Shown here piece after piece: positions 36,317 to 50,300 of a DNA stretch of 64,000 nt (positions within the stretch are counted from its first letter, which is position 1; each line of letters opens with the position of its first letter). The notes beneath the pieces were generated by a model. The model made no database searches. It saw only the letters and a program-made list of their open reading frames with translations, and had not been told where the DNA came from. The position numbers and the translations under genes were made by a program. This stretch comes from a virus. The stretch is from the IMG/VR virus record IMGVR_UViG_3300046171_000155, one strand, 5' to 3'.

Positions 36317-39300
36317 TCAAGGATTACCGGTAAACTCTTCATTTGTGTTATTTGGATTATTTGTATTATTATTTGTATCAAAATAATCATCCCAATTTAT
36401 GGTGCCTAGAAGATCTGATGTGGTGGATGTAATATAAGAAGAATATTCGCTCCATATTGCCGAACCATCTAAAGATTCTCCCCCCGCACCAATACCACTG
36501 ACAGTGGATTGCCCTGTATCATCTTGTGTACCAGATCCTGAATCTGTATCGGTATTAGTAGATGCTACAAGACCTGCGACTGTTCCTGACCAACTATTGT
36601 TTGACGATCTAGATTGACTTGTATTACCAGAACCATTATCACCTCTCATCAACACAGAAATTTTAAATTCAACATCAACATCTACCGGAGTTGCATATGA
36701 ACCAACGACAGGAATTGTAGTCCATGCGTTACCGCCTCCGCCAGTCTTATGCGTCATAATCTGTATTGTTTCGTAACTGCCCCAAGCGCTATTGGTTTCT
36801 TTGCCTAACTTCTTTCTCATTTCTAGTTTTACATATGCTGTATCAGTAGCAAATACGCCAGAGAATGCCATATTTATTGTGGCCATATGAGAAATATCTT
36901 GAACCTCAGTTCTCATTACGCCTTCGGCATCTAAACCTATATTCCGCACAACTGTATTTCTAGGAAGGTTGATCTTAGTTAATTCTTTATACTGATCATT
37001 ACCGTTTGAATCTCTGGTTGGTCCCCATGACCTATAACCAGTTCCTGCGAAAGGAGTAATTGTATTCACATTACCTTTAAGGGACTTCACAGTTAGAGAG
37101 TCAGTGATAAGGGCTTCTGCTTCTAACGACCCCGTTGTGATCTTACCCCCATCAATGGTTGTTACCGATGCACTGAACCGATCCCCTAACTCTTGATTTA
37201 AGTTCTGGAAGGTTACTAGTCCATTAAAACTATAATTTACAAATGGAGTGCTAAAGGTAATATTACCCCCTGTTGCGATAGCAGGGTTACTACCAGCAAC
37301 ATCTTGGAATGCTCTGTATCTTGAAGCGAATAATGTTCCTGATAGATTAGTTCCATCTGGCGGACTTAAAGACCAAGGTATTACGCCATCGTCATTTTCT
37401 TCAAAACTTCCTCCAGAAAAACTTCCTGGTGCGGAGAAATTGTATTGGCTAGCTGTGGGAGTGCTTGGAACTGCTCTATTATCACCTTCAGAAAGATCTG
37501 AATTATACTCTCTAAAGTAGTAGACATAACCCTCAGAGGCCGCAGGAATGTCCGATGGATTCACTGTTACTGGGTCTGGGTCAACTGAGTATAGTGTTGG
37601 ATCACCCCAAGACAAAGTGGTATCAGTGCCCGAAAGACTCTGAGATGATGCTAATGTTTTGACTCTCCACAAAGCAGGTTTACTATTATCAGTCGGCGCT
37701 GCTGGTGGTTCTTCGTACCAACCATCATAATTGTTTCCGACAGGGAATACAAAACTGTCACTACCGAAATTGTAGTCAATAGTGTTTGCAGGTGGTTTAG
37801 TGAAAGTAGAAGTTCTAACGCCTCTCTTATACAAGAAACCGCTGTATGTAGTAAAACCATCTTCACCGTTATTGTGGTCTTCATAAGGAGTGGCCCAATC
37901 TACAATAGTGTCAGTCCCAGTCTCACCTATGACTGAGAAAACTGCTTGAGATTCCCATATCTTACCGCTAGGATTATAACCCACACCACTGTTGTGGTCA
38001 TTCATTTCACCGACACTATCAAACCACAGATAATTTCCGTCTGAGTCGGTAGGCATTGTGACGGTGCCTTCTCCCGTGAAGTCTACAGAACCGCCTACTG
38101 GAGCGGGTGGTCCAGCGTCATCCTTATTTACTGTACGCGTTACAACTCGCAATAGGAATGTGGACTTACCAGCGGCACCGTTAGCACCAGATGAGGTTCT
38201 CTCTGGGGCATCCCACTCAATCGAATCATCAATTAGGTCAGTTGTTGCTTCTGGGTCATTAACGACCGACGCAACACCTACAGTTGCCCATAGTTGAATG
38301 TTTTGACCCTCTGGGTTTTCAGGTACTGTCTTAGACCATGCATATCCATTTGGTAGTGTAAATGTTTTATCGGTGAAATTAAACGCGACTCCATCTGACG
38401 GTTGAGGTGTAGCAGGACCATCTACAGAATCGTCTCTGATATACATTGTCAGTTGAGTAACAAGTTGACCTTCACTAGCGTCGATCGCGTGTTTAGTCAC
38501 CATCTTAGGTGGAGAGAATACTAGACTGTTGTCCAGACCAGAGTTCCCTCGTATAGTCGCTAGAGTAGTAGACTCCCAAAGGTTTCTTCGATTGCCCAAA
38601 GCATCTAATTCTGGTGGTGGGATTTCATACCAGTTCTGAGTACTTGAAGTACCGGCAACAATTGTGCCGTCATGGTCAGTAGGGTTTTGACTTGGTGCAA
38701 GGAACCTACTCTCATCGAAACTATATGTCACCGTATTAGCATCAATATCTTGTGGTGTAACACCTTCGATAGTTCTAGTGAACAGAGATTTACGATATGT
38801 AGATACTGTCTCTAAAATCTGAGGAACTGGGTCGCTCCACTGACCGTTAACAACATCGATACCTGTATCACCTTCTATACTAAATGAGTATACAGAAGAC
38901 CACACATCACCCTGGCTGTCCTACGATAGAATTCTGTGAAGAAACCCAAGGAGAGGATAACTCTGGATAATCTTGTGATCCGTCGTCGTCGAAATAGTTA
39001 CCATCGGAAGACCAAATGTAAGCACCACCAGTAGGTCTAGGTATTGATGGGAATGCATCTCCCTCTTCCCAAGTGTTATCAAGTGCTGCGTATTGTTCTG
39101 CCGTGACTCTTCGGTATACTGCCTTCTCTACGGTCGATCGACCATTTGTTCCTGTTGAAGATCGTACTGGGTCCGACCAAACGATGCTGGTATCTAGGTC
39201 GCCGTCTGCATCTGTTGCAATACCCTGAACTTACATAGAGTTCGCCCTCGCCACTATATTCAGACTCTTCCCACCCTGTAGGCGCTACATAGAATCTTGT

Positions 39301-40312
39301 ACTGAACCTGAATTGACCGCCTGTTGGTGTATCTTGAGCAGTAAGTTCAGTTGTTGACCTTTTGTACGCAGACAGTTGTGCATATGAAGCGACCGCGTCT
39401 GCGTCTACTGGTGGTCCACCTACTAGGTATGGTGTAGACCAAGTACCTGCTACGATAGTATCTGTCTCTGACTGAAAGTCTACAAACCTATATGTACATG
39501 CCCAAATATCTTTATCGCCATCGGGCGCTGGAATTGATGCGGACCAAGTAACATCGGGATCTGTAGGGAACTACAAGATTTCCTTGATTGTCATTACCTG
39601 AGAATGTATACTGACCGCCAGTAGGAGTTGTTGGTTGCGATGTGCGACCGGATCTAGTGTAAATCGTTGCTTGAAAAGAAGAAGTGCCTGACGGTCCAGT
39701 TTCGCCACCACCAGAACCTGTACTGTCTGGTAAGTTGGTCCACTTTGTTCCGTCCCACTTTATAACTTGACCGCTTGTAGGAGAAGAAACCGTCACATCA
39801 CTTAATTCGTCTAATGAGGATACGCCGCCATTAGCAGCATCCCACTCAGTACCTGTCCATCGTAGAACTTGACCTGCTTGTTTGCCAGAAGTGTCTACAT
39901 CCGAAAGTTCGTCGAGCGATGTTGCGCCGCCACCACCTTCACCTGCGTTCGCAAGTTTTACCCACTGACCTGCGTGAGAGTAATATGCGCCGGTGTCTGG
40001 TGCATTGTGGACATGCGCGAACATACCATGATAGGTTGATGCGTCTGGTAGGTCTGACTTGTTGCTATACGCGTTGCTGTATAGAATCTTATTGCCACCA
40101 AGATCTAATGTAGTAGACGCAAGAAATGCACGAATTTCGGACTCAGTGAATCCAGTATCATCATTAATCTTGCTGATTTCGGACAATATAAGAGCAATAA
40201 CTTCTGCCTCAGTAAGACCCGCATTGGCCATAACCTCAACAAAGTTTTCATTGATCTTATCGATAGCAGAATTAATATGATCTGCAAGATTAATGGTCTT
40301 TATGTTACTCAT
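36317..40312 (-). CDS. Long tail fibre with tandem beta domains of about 100 aa (one gene broken by several apparent indels between about 38910 and 39570)
   Basis: The repeat Y.R...P..PTGG.Y.F....P..W...P....W....W..P can be read through the gap between ORFs 39512-40312 and 36317-38905; the N-terminus has LDELSDV..GQV..W.G..W fibre repeats. Confidence 0.65.
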
Positions 40313-40538
40313 TCACTTCCCCTGATAAACTCATAAGCAGTTCTTTGATCTGTCGCATGTCATCTTTTAATCCCTTCACTTCTTCTGTAAGAGAGTTAAT
40401 GTGATCTTGCCTTTCTCGTTGTACTCTGCTTTGGTTCCTCGCGTTTTGTATTTCGGATTTGTTTGTATTTAGTATGGCACCAGTACGACTATCTCGCACT
40501 AGGTTCGCATGCCCCTTTACTTTTACATGACTGTTCAT
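40305..40538 (-). CDS. Conserved small protein of marine T4-like phages
   Basis: VKVKGHANLVRDSRTGAILNTN followed by a C-terminal coiled coil. Confidence 0.65.
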   Translation of the reverse strand: MNSHVKVKGHANLVRDSRTGAILNTNKSEIQNARNQSRVQRERQDHINSLTEEVKGLKDDMRQIKELLMSLSGEVNE

Positions 40539-43500
40539 TAGGTCAGAGTCCTAGAGATACGATAGAACCAAGTGGTGATGTCCATTCCATTTGACGGAAT
40601 ATACTGCTCTAGATCGCCCCTCGTATAAGTGTACCCGTCATTAGCAACAATAGAGACAATCTGTTCCTGATCTAAACCAGCGATTTGCGATGTATTAAAC
40701 TGAACTATTGTATCGTTCCAGTTTAGAATTACGCCGTTAATAGGTTCTCCTTCGCTAGATGTAAATTGTACGATTGAGAAGTAATACTGTGGCGAAACTC
40801 GCGAGAACAGATTAGTCTCTGGTTCAGGTTCCGGCTCAGGTTCTGGTTCTGGTTCAGGTTCCGGCTCAGGTTCTGGTTCTGGTTCTGGTTGTGGTTCCGG
40901 CTCAGGTTGTGGTTCTGGCTCTGGCTCCGGTTCTGGTTCAGGTTCTGGTTCAGGTTCTGGACTTGGAGCAGGAGTATCTACTGGATTCAAGTTTAAGTCA
41001 AACAACTCTCCAAACTTCTGTAGACCGCTAGCAGTGATCAATGAAATCGCACGTAGGTCTGTGATCATTGGTGACTTAGATGAGTTATTAGACTTCATCA
41101 CAATCAAAACTTGGAATACAGTAAATGGTTCTGCGTCTAGTGTGTACTCATAGTCACGGAAAATGTCTGGGTTCTCATCAGTTGGCATTGGAGTATCAAT
41201 TTCGATCTTTGCCCACAACGCATCTGCAAATGCGTTTTCATCTAGAGAAGTACGTGCGTACACTTCAAACTCTGCACCACGTGCACGGTTTGCAGCGAAG
41301 ATAATCTTCAGTCCTTCTGACAACTCATCAATAATCACAGGTGTTGTGATGTGTTGAGTTGCGTTTGAGTTATCGATCACATTCTCTAGAGCAATAACTG
41401 AGACTCGCTGTAGATCAATCACAGGCGAAACTTTAGAGTCGCCAGTCGAAAGGTTCAATGCAAACTCTAGTGTCTTCGCAGTAGAGTTTTGTGATGTCGC
41501 AACTACATTCGGATGAGTGTTGACATTTAGATCATTGAGTGATACAGTTGAAGTCGGATCTTTCTCGTAATTAAGAGGTGTTATCTTACGGTCTGTGCCG
41601 TAAGACGCGCCAACTGTTTTAGTTACAGTCGCTTGAATTGATGTAGAGTTAGGTGTGAATGACTGAACTTGTGGAATGTACTGATCAAACATTACTTGCT
41701 GAGTTGCAGTTACGTTATTACCGCCACCCTGCGCAGAACCTGTCGCATTCGTCGCCACTTGAATTGTATATCCGTCCCATGAAGGGAAATTAACTGCAAA
41801 TGATCCGTTTAAGTCACTATCTGTAAGTCCGCCCACGACACTTGATACATCTGCGAATGTAACTGTATCACCTTCAGTGAACCCGTGACCTTGGTGTTGT
41901 ACCTTAACTATATCTGATCCTGCAGTTGTCTCAAATGGACTCTGGATCAATGTGACCTTTGGAAGTTCTGCGTTCTCTAGGTGTAGTACACCATCAAATT
42001 CAAACTCTGCACGTTCTAGTTCAAACATCAAATCCTTAGTTTGATCTGGCGTCCAAGTCGAACCGTTCTGAGACATAAACAATGAACCCAGTGTTGGTTG
42101 ACGTGACACTCGCTCTTCACGAGATGGACCTAGGACGAACTCATATGTCTGAGCAGTGTATACATTATAGTCTACTGATTCTGCAAGCAACACTATAGCA
42201 TATTCTTCGCCTGGAGTCAAGTAAATTGGTTGATCAAATTCAACAACTGTCGGCCGAGTTCTGACTGTAGCGATATCAGTCTCTTCAGTAAGTGGCGTTA
42301 CTGGAATGTTAGCCGGATCTACGAACTTAACTGATCCTGGAACTAGACGATTCGTAGGAACGCCATTCTCTACAGCACGGATTTGAACCTGCATAGGAAT
42401 GATAGAGTCTTTACTCTCTACATAGACACGCGCTTTAGTGATAAAGATACCGTTTGGATTCTCTACTTGATCAACGAAGAATGTCTGAGCAAGAGGATCT
42501 CGCCAGTAAGTTGTTTCAATAACTTCTGTTGTGCGTATTGTGCGTTGGACTGTTTGAATCGTACCGACCGAAGTGTATCCGGCACGGCTGATAGAAGTAG
42601 CGCCACCATCGTTATTCAAGTTGATGTCAAGCAGTTTAAATTCTTGACGACCCGTACGGAAACTAATGTCTGGAGTGTTCGGCAAGAAGAACGAACCGAT
42701 CAATTCACCCTTACTGTCTGTGACTAGATCACCTTTGCCACCTAGTGCAGATGGGTACGAAGTCGCGTTCGCATATTCGTTACCATACTCTGTCGGATCG
42801 TCCGAGAAGTTTACATAAGTAGACTCTGGACGTACCCAATCAGATACATTCTTGTTTCCGAAATAAGCGAACATACGGGTGTTAGGTCGTAGTCCCTGAA
42901 CTCGGAAACTAATCTTGCGCGAGCGCATGAACGGAATAATTTCTACATCCAAGATGCGTTCGCCAATAAATTCTTGAATCGTCTTTGATGTAACTCTAGA
43001 ACGAATTCTTGCATTAGGTCGAGAGAAGAAAGTAGGTAGGTATGTGTTGATACGACGTACAACATTCTGCATAATGTCTGGTAGTCGCTTCACTTCTACC
43101 CATTCGTCTGAAGACGGAGACAACGTCATATGTCCGTTCGATGTGATTACCGCAAACGGGTTGATATTGTCTGTGCCTGTCGCCAGAACCTGAGATACAA
43201 ACTTTGTGCTTGTATGCGGAAGAGTAACGATGTCGCTCTTCTTAGAAATATTGTTGTTTAGGTTCGAAGGGTTGTACGCTAATCGTATCGAGTTTTCAAC
43301 GAACGATGGGCGCAGTAGACCTTCTGGATCAACCGAAGCGCGATACGCTGGGTTGTGTACGTCACAGAAATTCAGTGTGCTGAAGTTGTCTGCGATGAAC
43401 CCTGCCTTAGTACGAGGGTTGCCGTTCGCATCTAAAACTTGCAAGACGTTTGTGTTAGTCTCAAGGAAACTTAGCGCAGTCAATTCATATAGAGTCTCTA

Positions 43501-45976
43501 CACGATCAGACAGCTTAGAGATGTCTTTCATCGTGAATCGACGATTAGGGATGAACATGCTTACGACATCTGAACGGTCAAATGTATATGCGTTCAATGT
43601 GAACTTGTATAGAGGCAATGCGCCCGCAGGTACTTCTGGTTCGCGAGGATCAATAGCAGGTTGTCCGCGAACGACTTGTAGCTCGCCTAACCCTATACCC
43701 CCACGACTGTCTGTCGCGTTCACTACAAGAACATCTGTACGTGGTAAGTAGTAGTCTACCTCATCAATTATAATCGAAGAGGCGTTCTGTGGTAACTCTG
43801 AGATGTCGAAAGGTATTTGTGTTCCGCTAGTAACTCGATCTGGCCTGAAGTCTAACACATCACGTAGAGAGATTGTCTCTCCAGTGCTGAGTGTTGTATG
43901 TCCTGGGATTTCGTTATAATCTACTCCGGAATACGAACTTGCCGCGAAGAACTTGCCACTATTTGTGCGGGCGTAGTAAGTAAAGTTGACTTGTAATTCT
44001 TCACCGCCGGTTGGTAATGTGTACCCTTCTTTTACAATAGCATACGCAATACCATAATAGTTGTCACGTTGACCACCATCAAGTTTAAACTGGAATGTGA
44101 TGTCTTCCCACTCCGTGGCCGCAGGCGGTTTAATCTTTACAGAATCGATCGATATGACATCGACAGCACTTAAATTCACAGAAGTTGCTGCATCAGGTCC
44201 GGACAAAAATACTGAAGTTGTCCCTGAAGTTGCCGTCTTTGCCTTAGGTGCAGATGTTACTTCATCATAGTAAGCGATTGTATATGTTTTAGTATCATCT
44301 AAAATTGGATCTGAATATGTAAATGTGCCGTCGTTGTTTGGTGTAGGCGTGATTGCAAGAATAGGTCCATTTATTTCTGAAATGACCCAACTTCCCTCTT
44401 CAACGCCCCCAACTGTTATTGAATTGCCAACAGGTTGCTCCGCCTTAAACTTTTGGGCGGTGTAAGTAACATTTTGAATACTAGACTGCTCTGGCGACTT
44501 GTACGGTAACGCAAACAATAAATCGTTATTAGATGTACCATACAATGTGGTATCAAATGTTAGAGGTGTTTGGTCGGGATCTGTATCAAACGATAATGGC
44601 CTTAATGGAATATCATTGTTAAACTCATCTCTCAGCGTAGTAACTGCAGAGAAAGGAAAACGTGCATTTCCGCCCGAAGGAATATAGTCCATTTTAATAT
44701 CAAAGAGATATAGACGATATCCAACAGCATCGCGTTGAATGCCTCTAATATGAGCGGAACCTACGGATTGACCAACATCTTGATAAACACCAAGTAAATC
44801 TACTCTGCCAAATGTGTCTAGTTGACCAAACCCTTCAGTACGATCTGGGTCAATGTATACCCAGTTACCATATACCGCCGGCACTGCTTCTAGTTCTTGT
44901 GTACGTGTATCACGCGCCTTCGGTACAGTGATGTCTGTAGTACCGACCTCTAAACGATATCCGTCTACATACGCGACACCCTCTGTCACATCTAGATTCA
45001 GACTTGTTTCATCGTCGTCTAGGTCTTCAAAGATTGCTCTGAATTCTTCTACAACATAATCACCAGACTCTTCTTTTGTACGTAATGCAAGTAGGTCATT
45101 GACTCGGTTGTATGCGTCAAATGTACTAATTTCACGAGTAATAACACCATCAACAATACGAGCAGCGAAGACAAAGTTCTGTTCTGTCGATACTTGATCT
45201 CGTGTTGTAGGAATTAGTTTGATCTGATATCGGTGTGCGCCTGGAGAGGTTAGGTTAGGAACCTCGCCTTGATTGTCGTGTAGGTCTTCGTCTTCGCTTT
45301 CTGTAACGATATTCTGTTCTACGACGAAACCGAAGTCTGCGTCTGGAGTGCTGCTGTACTTATCTATGAATGCACTTCCGCCACTTAGATAAACGAAGTG
45401 CCCTTGTACAAAGAAATCACCAGAAGCAAAGTATGCCTTTGTTCCTTTGCCAGAACCTCTGATTACTATTGGATCGCCATTTGAATCGATAGATGTGATG
45501 TCGTCAGCAACAACCATTGAAGGAACTGTCGCACCGTCAACACGAACAATCGTATCACCCTGCTCAACACGAGGAGCAATAGTTGCGTCTATCACTGCAA
45601 TTGTATTTGTGTATTGGACGTATAACGTGATAGGGTCACTACCAGTAGAATTGTACATCTCTAAGACTTTAAACTCGACCGCTCCGTTTGTTAGCAGTTC
45701 GCCAACAAGAGATTCGTCGTAAACGCTTGTTGAAGTTAGTCGTATATACTCTAGACCATTATCAACCGTCGCACCGCCTGGATTTACCATCGCACCTTCT
45801 TTGAAGATATTCTGACCAAATCGTGCGATCTCTTCGTGAATAATGCGTTGAGATTCTGTTAGTTCTCGCGCTTGTAGTGCGCGACCTGAATTGTACAATA
45901 CACGATGATACCCATCTTCCTTATCATAGAAGTCTCGGTATGTTTCGCGAAAAACTTTATTGGTATAATCAGTCAT
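40538..45976 (-). CDS. Large baseplate-associated structural protein (DUF4815/VrlC-like) with a C-terminal Pro-Glu stalk and tip domain
   Basis: Y.DF...[54 protein letters not shown]. Confidence 0.8.
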   Translation of the reverse strand: MTDYTNKVFRETYRDFYDKEDGYHRVLYNSGRALQARELTESQRIIHEEIARFGQNIFKEGAMVNPGGATVDNGLEYIRLTSTSVYDESLVGELLTNGAVEFKVLEMYNSTGSDPITLYVQYTNTIAVIDATIAPRVEQGDTIVRVDGATVPSMVVADDITSIDSNGDPIVIRGSGKGTKAYFASGDFFVQGHFVYLSGGSAFIDKYSSTPDADFGFVVEQNIVTESEDEDLHDNQGEVPNLTSPGAHRYQIKLIPTTRDQVSTEQNFVFAARIVDGVITREISTFDAYNRVNDLLALRTKEESGDYVVEEFRAIFEDLDDDETSLNLDVTEGVAYVDGYRLEVGTTDITVPKARDTRTQELEAVPAVYGNWVYIDPDRTEGFGQLDTFGRVDLLGVYQDVGQSVGSAHIRGIQRDAVGYRLYLFDIKMDYIPSGGNARFPFSAVTTLRDEFNNDIPLRPLSFDTDPDQTPLTFDTTLYGTSNNDLLFALPYKSPEQSSIQNVTYTAQKFKAEQPVGNSITVGGVEEGSWVISEINGPILAITPTPNNDGTFTYSDPILDDTKTYTIAYYDEVTSAPKAKTATSGTTSVFLSGPDAATSVNLSAVDVISIDSVKIKPPAATEWEDITFQFKLDGGQRDNYYGIAYAIVKEGYTLPTGGEELQVNFTYYARTNSGKFFAASSYSGVDYNEIPGHTTLSTGETISLRDVLDFRPDRVTSGTQIPFDISELPQNASSIIIDEVDYYLPRTDVLVVNATDSRGGIGLGELQVVRGQPAIDPREPEVPAGALPLYKFTLNAYTFDRSDVVSMFIPNRRFTMKDISKLSDRVETLYELTALSFLETNTNVLQVLDANGNPRTKAGFIADNFSTLNFCDVHNPAYRASVDPEGLLRPSFVENSIRLAYNPSNLNNNISKKSDIVTLPHTSTKFVSQVLATGTDNINPFAVITSNGHMTLSPSSDEWVEVKRLPDIMQNVVRRINTYLPTFFSRPNARIRSRVTSKTIQEFIGERILDVEIIPFMRSRKISFRVQGLRPNTRMFAYFGNKNVSDWVRPESTYVNFSDDPTEYGNEYANATSYPSALGGKGDLVTDSKGELIGSFFLPNTPDISFRTGRQEFKLLDINLNNDGGATSISRAGYTSVGTIQTVQRTIRTTEVIETTYWRDPLAQTFFVDQVENPNGIFITKARVYVESKDSIIPMQVQIRAVENGVPTNRLVPGSVKFVDPANIPVTPLTEETDIATVRTRPTVVEFDQPIYLTPGEEYAIVLLAESVDYNVYTAQTYEFVLGPSREERVSRQPTLGSLFMSQNGSTWTPDQTKDLMFELERAEFEFDGVLHLENAELPKVTLIQSPFETTAGSDIVKVQHQGHGFTEGDTVTFADVSSVVGGLTDSDLNGSFAVNFPSWDGYTIQVATNATGSAQGGGNNVTATQQVMFDQYIPQVQSFTPNSTSIQATVTKTVGASYGTDRKITPLNYEKDPTSTVSLNDLNVNTHPNVVATSQNSTAKTLEFALNLSTGDSKVSPVIDLQRVSVIALENVIDNSNATQHITTPVIIDELSEGLKIIFAANRARGAEFEVYARTSLDENAFADALWAKIEIDTPMPTDENPDIFRDYEYTLDAEPFTVFQVLIVMKSNNSSKSPMITDLRAISLITASGLQKFGELFDLNLNPVDTPAPSPEPEPEPEPEPEPEPEPQPEPEPQPEPEPEPEPEPEPEPEPEPEPEPETNLFSRVSPQYYFSIVQFTSSEGEPINGVILNWNDTIVQFNTSQIAGLDQEQIVSIVANDGYTYTRGDLEQYIPSNGMDITTWFYRISRTLT
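40818..40962 (-). repeat. (Pro-Glu)n coding tandem repeat
   Basis: 6-bp unit CCA/CCT/CCG-GAA/GAG repeated about 24 times. Confidence 0.95.
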
Positions 45977-45984
45977 CGTGTATC

Positions 45985-47340
45985 CTATATTGTAATAACG
46001 ACTTTAATGTCTTCTTGTTGTTCTGCGTCTCTTATGATTCGGTAGCGGTTTTCAATGTATAGAACATCTCCGCTATGTCTATCTATCTCTGGCTGATCAG
46101 TCAGTCCTGTGACGGTCTGTTGTAGCGATGTGCCGACTTGCTCAACAATCTCGCCTACTCCAAACGGTACAAACCCTGTACTCTCGTTCTGGTGATAGTA
46201 AACAAAATTATTGACTGACTCATTGACATATGCCTCGGCACCGTTAGTAAGTCCCCTGACCAAACTTCCAGAAGAGAAAGGTGAGTTTGCATCTAAGTGC
46301 AACACAGGAAGTACTTTTCCAGAAACTTCTGTGTATGGTGTACCGTCTGGTTTAGTTGGGTCTTGAAGAACTCCAATCTGACGGAACTCATTCTCTACGA
46401 TAAATGTATTGCCTTCTGTACCGTCTGGTTTGATATTCAACATAACCGAACTTGTTTTTAAATCATCTACTGGATCATTACCCATGTGTCGAGTAATCAC
46501 TGCGCGAGTTTCGCATTCAGTAGTAGGTGTTCCGTCTAGGACAAACGATGCACGAGTATAACCCGAACCGTAGTTTGTCATCGTAATCTTTACGATCTCG
46601 CCACCGACCATAGTCGCAACCGCTGTTGCTCCATTTCCGTCACCAACTACTGTGACAGTAGGTGTCGTCGTATAACCAGACCCTTTACTAGTCACTTCAC
46701 AACGAATGATCTCACCCTTGACTGCGGCATTGATTACATTCATCTGCAAGTCTTCAATCGCAGAGTTGTCACAGTTAGATACTGGACCTGTCAGACTGAC
46801 TGGTACATGGTTGCTAGAAAGGTATTGGAAGATTTGTTGCGGAGTTAACTTGTATAGGAACTTCCATACATAACCGTCCGATGTTCGGAACGGTCGCGTG
46901 TAGTCTACATTGAGTTCGCAATAACTAGGCTTGACAGTAGAAGTAACTATGTTACCATCACCATCACGACCCGTCTCTAGACAGACATAGACCTCTTTTG
47001 CGTCATTTAAAACATAGAATGCGGTATCTTCTTCAGCATTCTTAACATCCGACCACTCATGATATATCGCGTCTGACACCCAGTTGTTTCGTTTCGCGAC
47101 GATGATCGCACCTTCTACTTTCTTGATAGACTGTAGATTGTGACGAAACTCACTCTCTTCTAGGTTACCGTCTGCTGGCAAATAAGGATAGTCAACGATA
47201 GTTTCTCCATCAACTACTGCGGTTGGGAAAACATCTGACTTACCAATACCGATATAAAATTCTTTTTCTGTACCAATAACATCTGCGAGAAACTGTCTCG
47301 CTAAAGTTTGGTTAAGTGTTTGTCTTACTGTTGCTGGCAT
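45985..47340 (-). CDS. gp8: Baseplate wedge subunit gp8
   Basis: FYVLN...[35 protein letters not shown]...QQEDIKVVI. Confidence 0.85.
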   Translation of the reverse strand: MPATVRQTLNQTLARQFLADVIGTEKEFYIGIGKSDVFPTAVVDGETIVDYPYLPADGNLEESEFRHNLQSIKKVEGAIIVAKRNNWVSDAIYHEWSDVKNAEEDTAFYVLNDAKEVYVCLETGRDGDGNIVTSTVKPSYCELNVDYTRPFRTSDGYVWKFLYKLTPQQIFQYLSSNHVPVSLTGPVSNCDNSAIEDLQMNVINAAVKGEIIRCEVTSKGSGYTTTPTVTVVGDGNGATAVATMVGGEIVKITMTNYGSGYTRASFVLDGTPTTECETRAVITRHMGNDPVDDLKTSSVMLNIKPDGTEGNTFIVENEFRQIGVLQDPTKPDGTPYTEVSGKVLPVLHLDANSPFSSGSLVRGLTNGAEAYVNESVNNFVYYHQNESTGFVPFGVGEIVEQVGTSLQQTVTGLTDQPEIDRHSGDVLYIENRYRIIRDAEQQEDIKVVITI

Positions 47341-47391
47341 TATATTTTCCCATTAAAAAGGTATAACTTATATATAGTGGTCGTTTCAAGG

Positions 47392-50300
47392 TTATGACAA
47401 CTGTCCTAGTATAACTCTTGTTCTTGTTCCATCGTGAATAGTGATGGCTGTATTTGTAATTCTCATTCCTGGAGCATTTTCGATGCCGATATCCAAACTG
47501 CCCGTGACTTGAGCGTTACTCAACTCAACTTTGTTTGTTGTTGTATTCACGGAGAAAGGACTGATAGATGAGTTAGTGCCATTAACAACCTTGAAATCAT
47601 TCGCTTTAATCGTGAACGATGATACACTGTCCCCGTTGATTACTTCGAATCCGGTGAATGTGTTTCCGTCGTCTAGTGCGACGAAGTATTTCTGGCTAAT
47701 AGTTTGAAGTTCATCGCTATTTCCATTGACACGCTGTACTAGACCTGCTTGCGCAGTAGCAATAGAACCTATCGCACCTGTAGAGTCAAGGAGAGCAGTT
47801 TCGAAACTATCGATTGCACTAGTGGAGATAGAGTAGATTCCAGCAGAATCGATTATCTCTAGTCGCAATTCACTCTTCGCTGAGTTTACTAGTGAATTAG
47901 CGGTTCCCGCAGAATCAAATAGAAGCGTTGTCTCGAAACTATCGATCGCAGAATTTACAATACTAAGTATATCGCTATCTTTCTTGATAGTTAGTTCCAG
48001 TGCAGAACGAGCAGAGGCCTCTGCGCCTATATCGCTATCTAAATTTCCTTGAAGTTGAGTGATCTTAGACTGTAGTGCATTTAGACCAGTCGAATCGTCA
48101 GTGATCTGAGATTGTAACCCGTCAATAGCACTAAAGGTAGATCCACTCTCTAGATTTACATTTAGTTGAGTGATCTTAGATTGTAATGCACTTAGACCAG
48201 TAGAGTCATCTGTGATTGCTTGATCTAGTGCATCGATAGCAGTGAAGGTAGTTCCACTCTCTAGATTTACATTTAGTTGAGTGATCTTAGATTGTAATGC
48301 ACTTAGACCAGTAGAGTCATCTGTGATTGCTTGATCTAGTGCATCGATAGCAGTGAAGGTCGTACCACCGCTATCTAATCTTGCAGTTAGAGAAACAACA
48401 TGTCCTTGCACAATAGACAGATCTGATTCTGTATCTGAAATGTTTTGCGATAGTCCTGATCTTGCGGCAGCATTGTACCCTCTGTCACTATCAACATCTG
48501 CTGTTAGTTCAGTAATCTTAGACTGTAGTGCACTTAGACCAGTAGAGTCGTCTGTGATTGCTTGATCTAGTGCGTCGATAGCACTAAAGGTTCCACCACC
48601 TTCAGCGAGGTCTACTTCAAGCGCAGTAACTTTACCTTGAGTAATGCTCAAGTCAGAATCAACGCTGTTTATATCTTGTGTTAGTCTGTCCTCGGCATCG
48701 ACAATCAACTTGCCGACACTGTCAGTGCCGATACCAATCTCTGCACGGAATGTCGTTAGACGTTCGTTGGTGATCGAAAGTATGTCTGAGTCTGATTTAA
48801 TGTCTGATCGGATACCGTCTTCTACATCGTTCAGTAGTTTACCAACACTATCATCGCCAAACCCAAGTTCAGTTTTGAAAGTTGTTAATCGTGAGTTTGT
48901 AATCCCTAGTATGTCGGAGTCAGATTTAATGTCAGCACGAATGCCATCTTCTACATCGTTTAATAACTTGCCAACACTATCATCGCCAAACCCAAGTTCA
49001 GTTTTGAAAGTTGTTAATCGTGAGTTAGTGATCGAAAGTATGTCTGAGTCTGATTTAATGTCTGATCGGATACCGTCTTCGACATCGTTCAGTAGAGTCG
49101 TGATGTCACTTCCTTCACCTAAACCGATCTCAGTCCTAAATCCAGTCAATCGATCGTTAGTGATCGAAAGTGAACCAGCAGAGTCTAACATCTCTCCGCG
49201 CAGTTCATCTTTCACCGCGTTGGTCGCTGCGACAAGACCGTCACTATCTACGCGATCTAGTGACTGATCAAATGTAGTGATCTTAGAATCAACGATTGAT
49301 GTTATATCTGAGTCACTTCGGATCTCAGACCGCAATGCATCTTCTACAGTACTAATTGCAGAAATTACAGCTCCTGAATCTGCTTTGCTTTCGAGCGACT
49401 GAGTCAGCGTTGTGACATCACCTGCAAGCGCAAACAGTTCATCTGAGTTTTGACCTACAAGCGCATAAAGTTCGTTGGTTGTGTTCGAAAGAATAGCACG
49501 AACTAAGTCGGAATCAATACCTTCTTGTAACGCGGCATCTAGTTCTTGTATGCGCGAGGAGATTACTTGTAGATCACTGTCTGTCTGAATAATCAATGTT
49601 GCCATACTGTCCATGGCAAGACCATTCGCGGCAATGTCTGCGCGAAGATCGCTGTCATTGATTGAGTTTAGATCAACCCGCAGTTCGGTAACGTCTGCTG
49701 ATAATACCGAAAGTGTTTCACTATCTTGATCAATACGAGACACCAGTTCGCTTCGGGCAGTCGATTCAGCATCAATGCGAGCGCCTAAGTCCGAGTCGAT
49801 CTGATTTAGAGTGGCGCCTAAATTAGTCACGTCTTGTGACACAATAGTGAGTGAATCACTGTCTTGATCAATACGAGATGATAACTCTTGGCGAGCAGTT
49901 CCCTCTGCATCAATACGAGCACCCAGATCTGAGTCGATCTGATTTAGAGTGGCGCCTAAATTAGTCACGTCTTGTGACACGATAGAGAGCGCGGCACTGT
50001 CTTGAGTAACACGAGTTTCTAGCGCCTGTCTCGCAGTCGCTTCTGCATCGATACGGACACCTAGATCGGAATCAATCTGATTTAGTGATGCGCCCAGATT
50101 CGTAACATCTTGTGACACGATAACAAGAGATGCACTGTCCTGAGTTACGCGAGTTTCGAGTGCCTGCCTTGCAGTCGCTTCCGCGTCAATACGAACACCT
50201 AGATCTGAATCTATCTGGTTTAATGTTGCGCCCAGATTCGTAACATCTTGTGATACAATAGAAAGTGATGCGCTGTCTTGATCAATACGCGTAGATAGTT

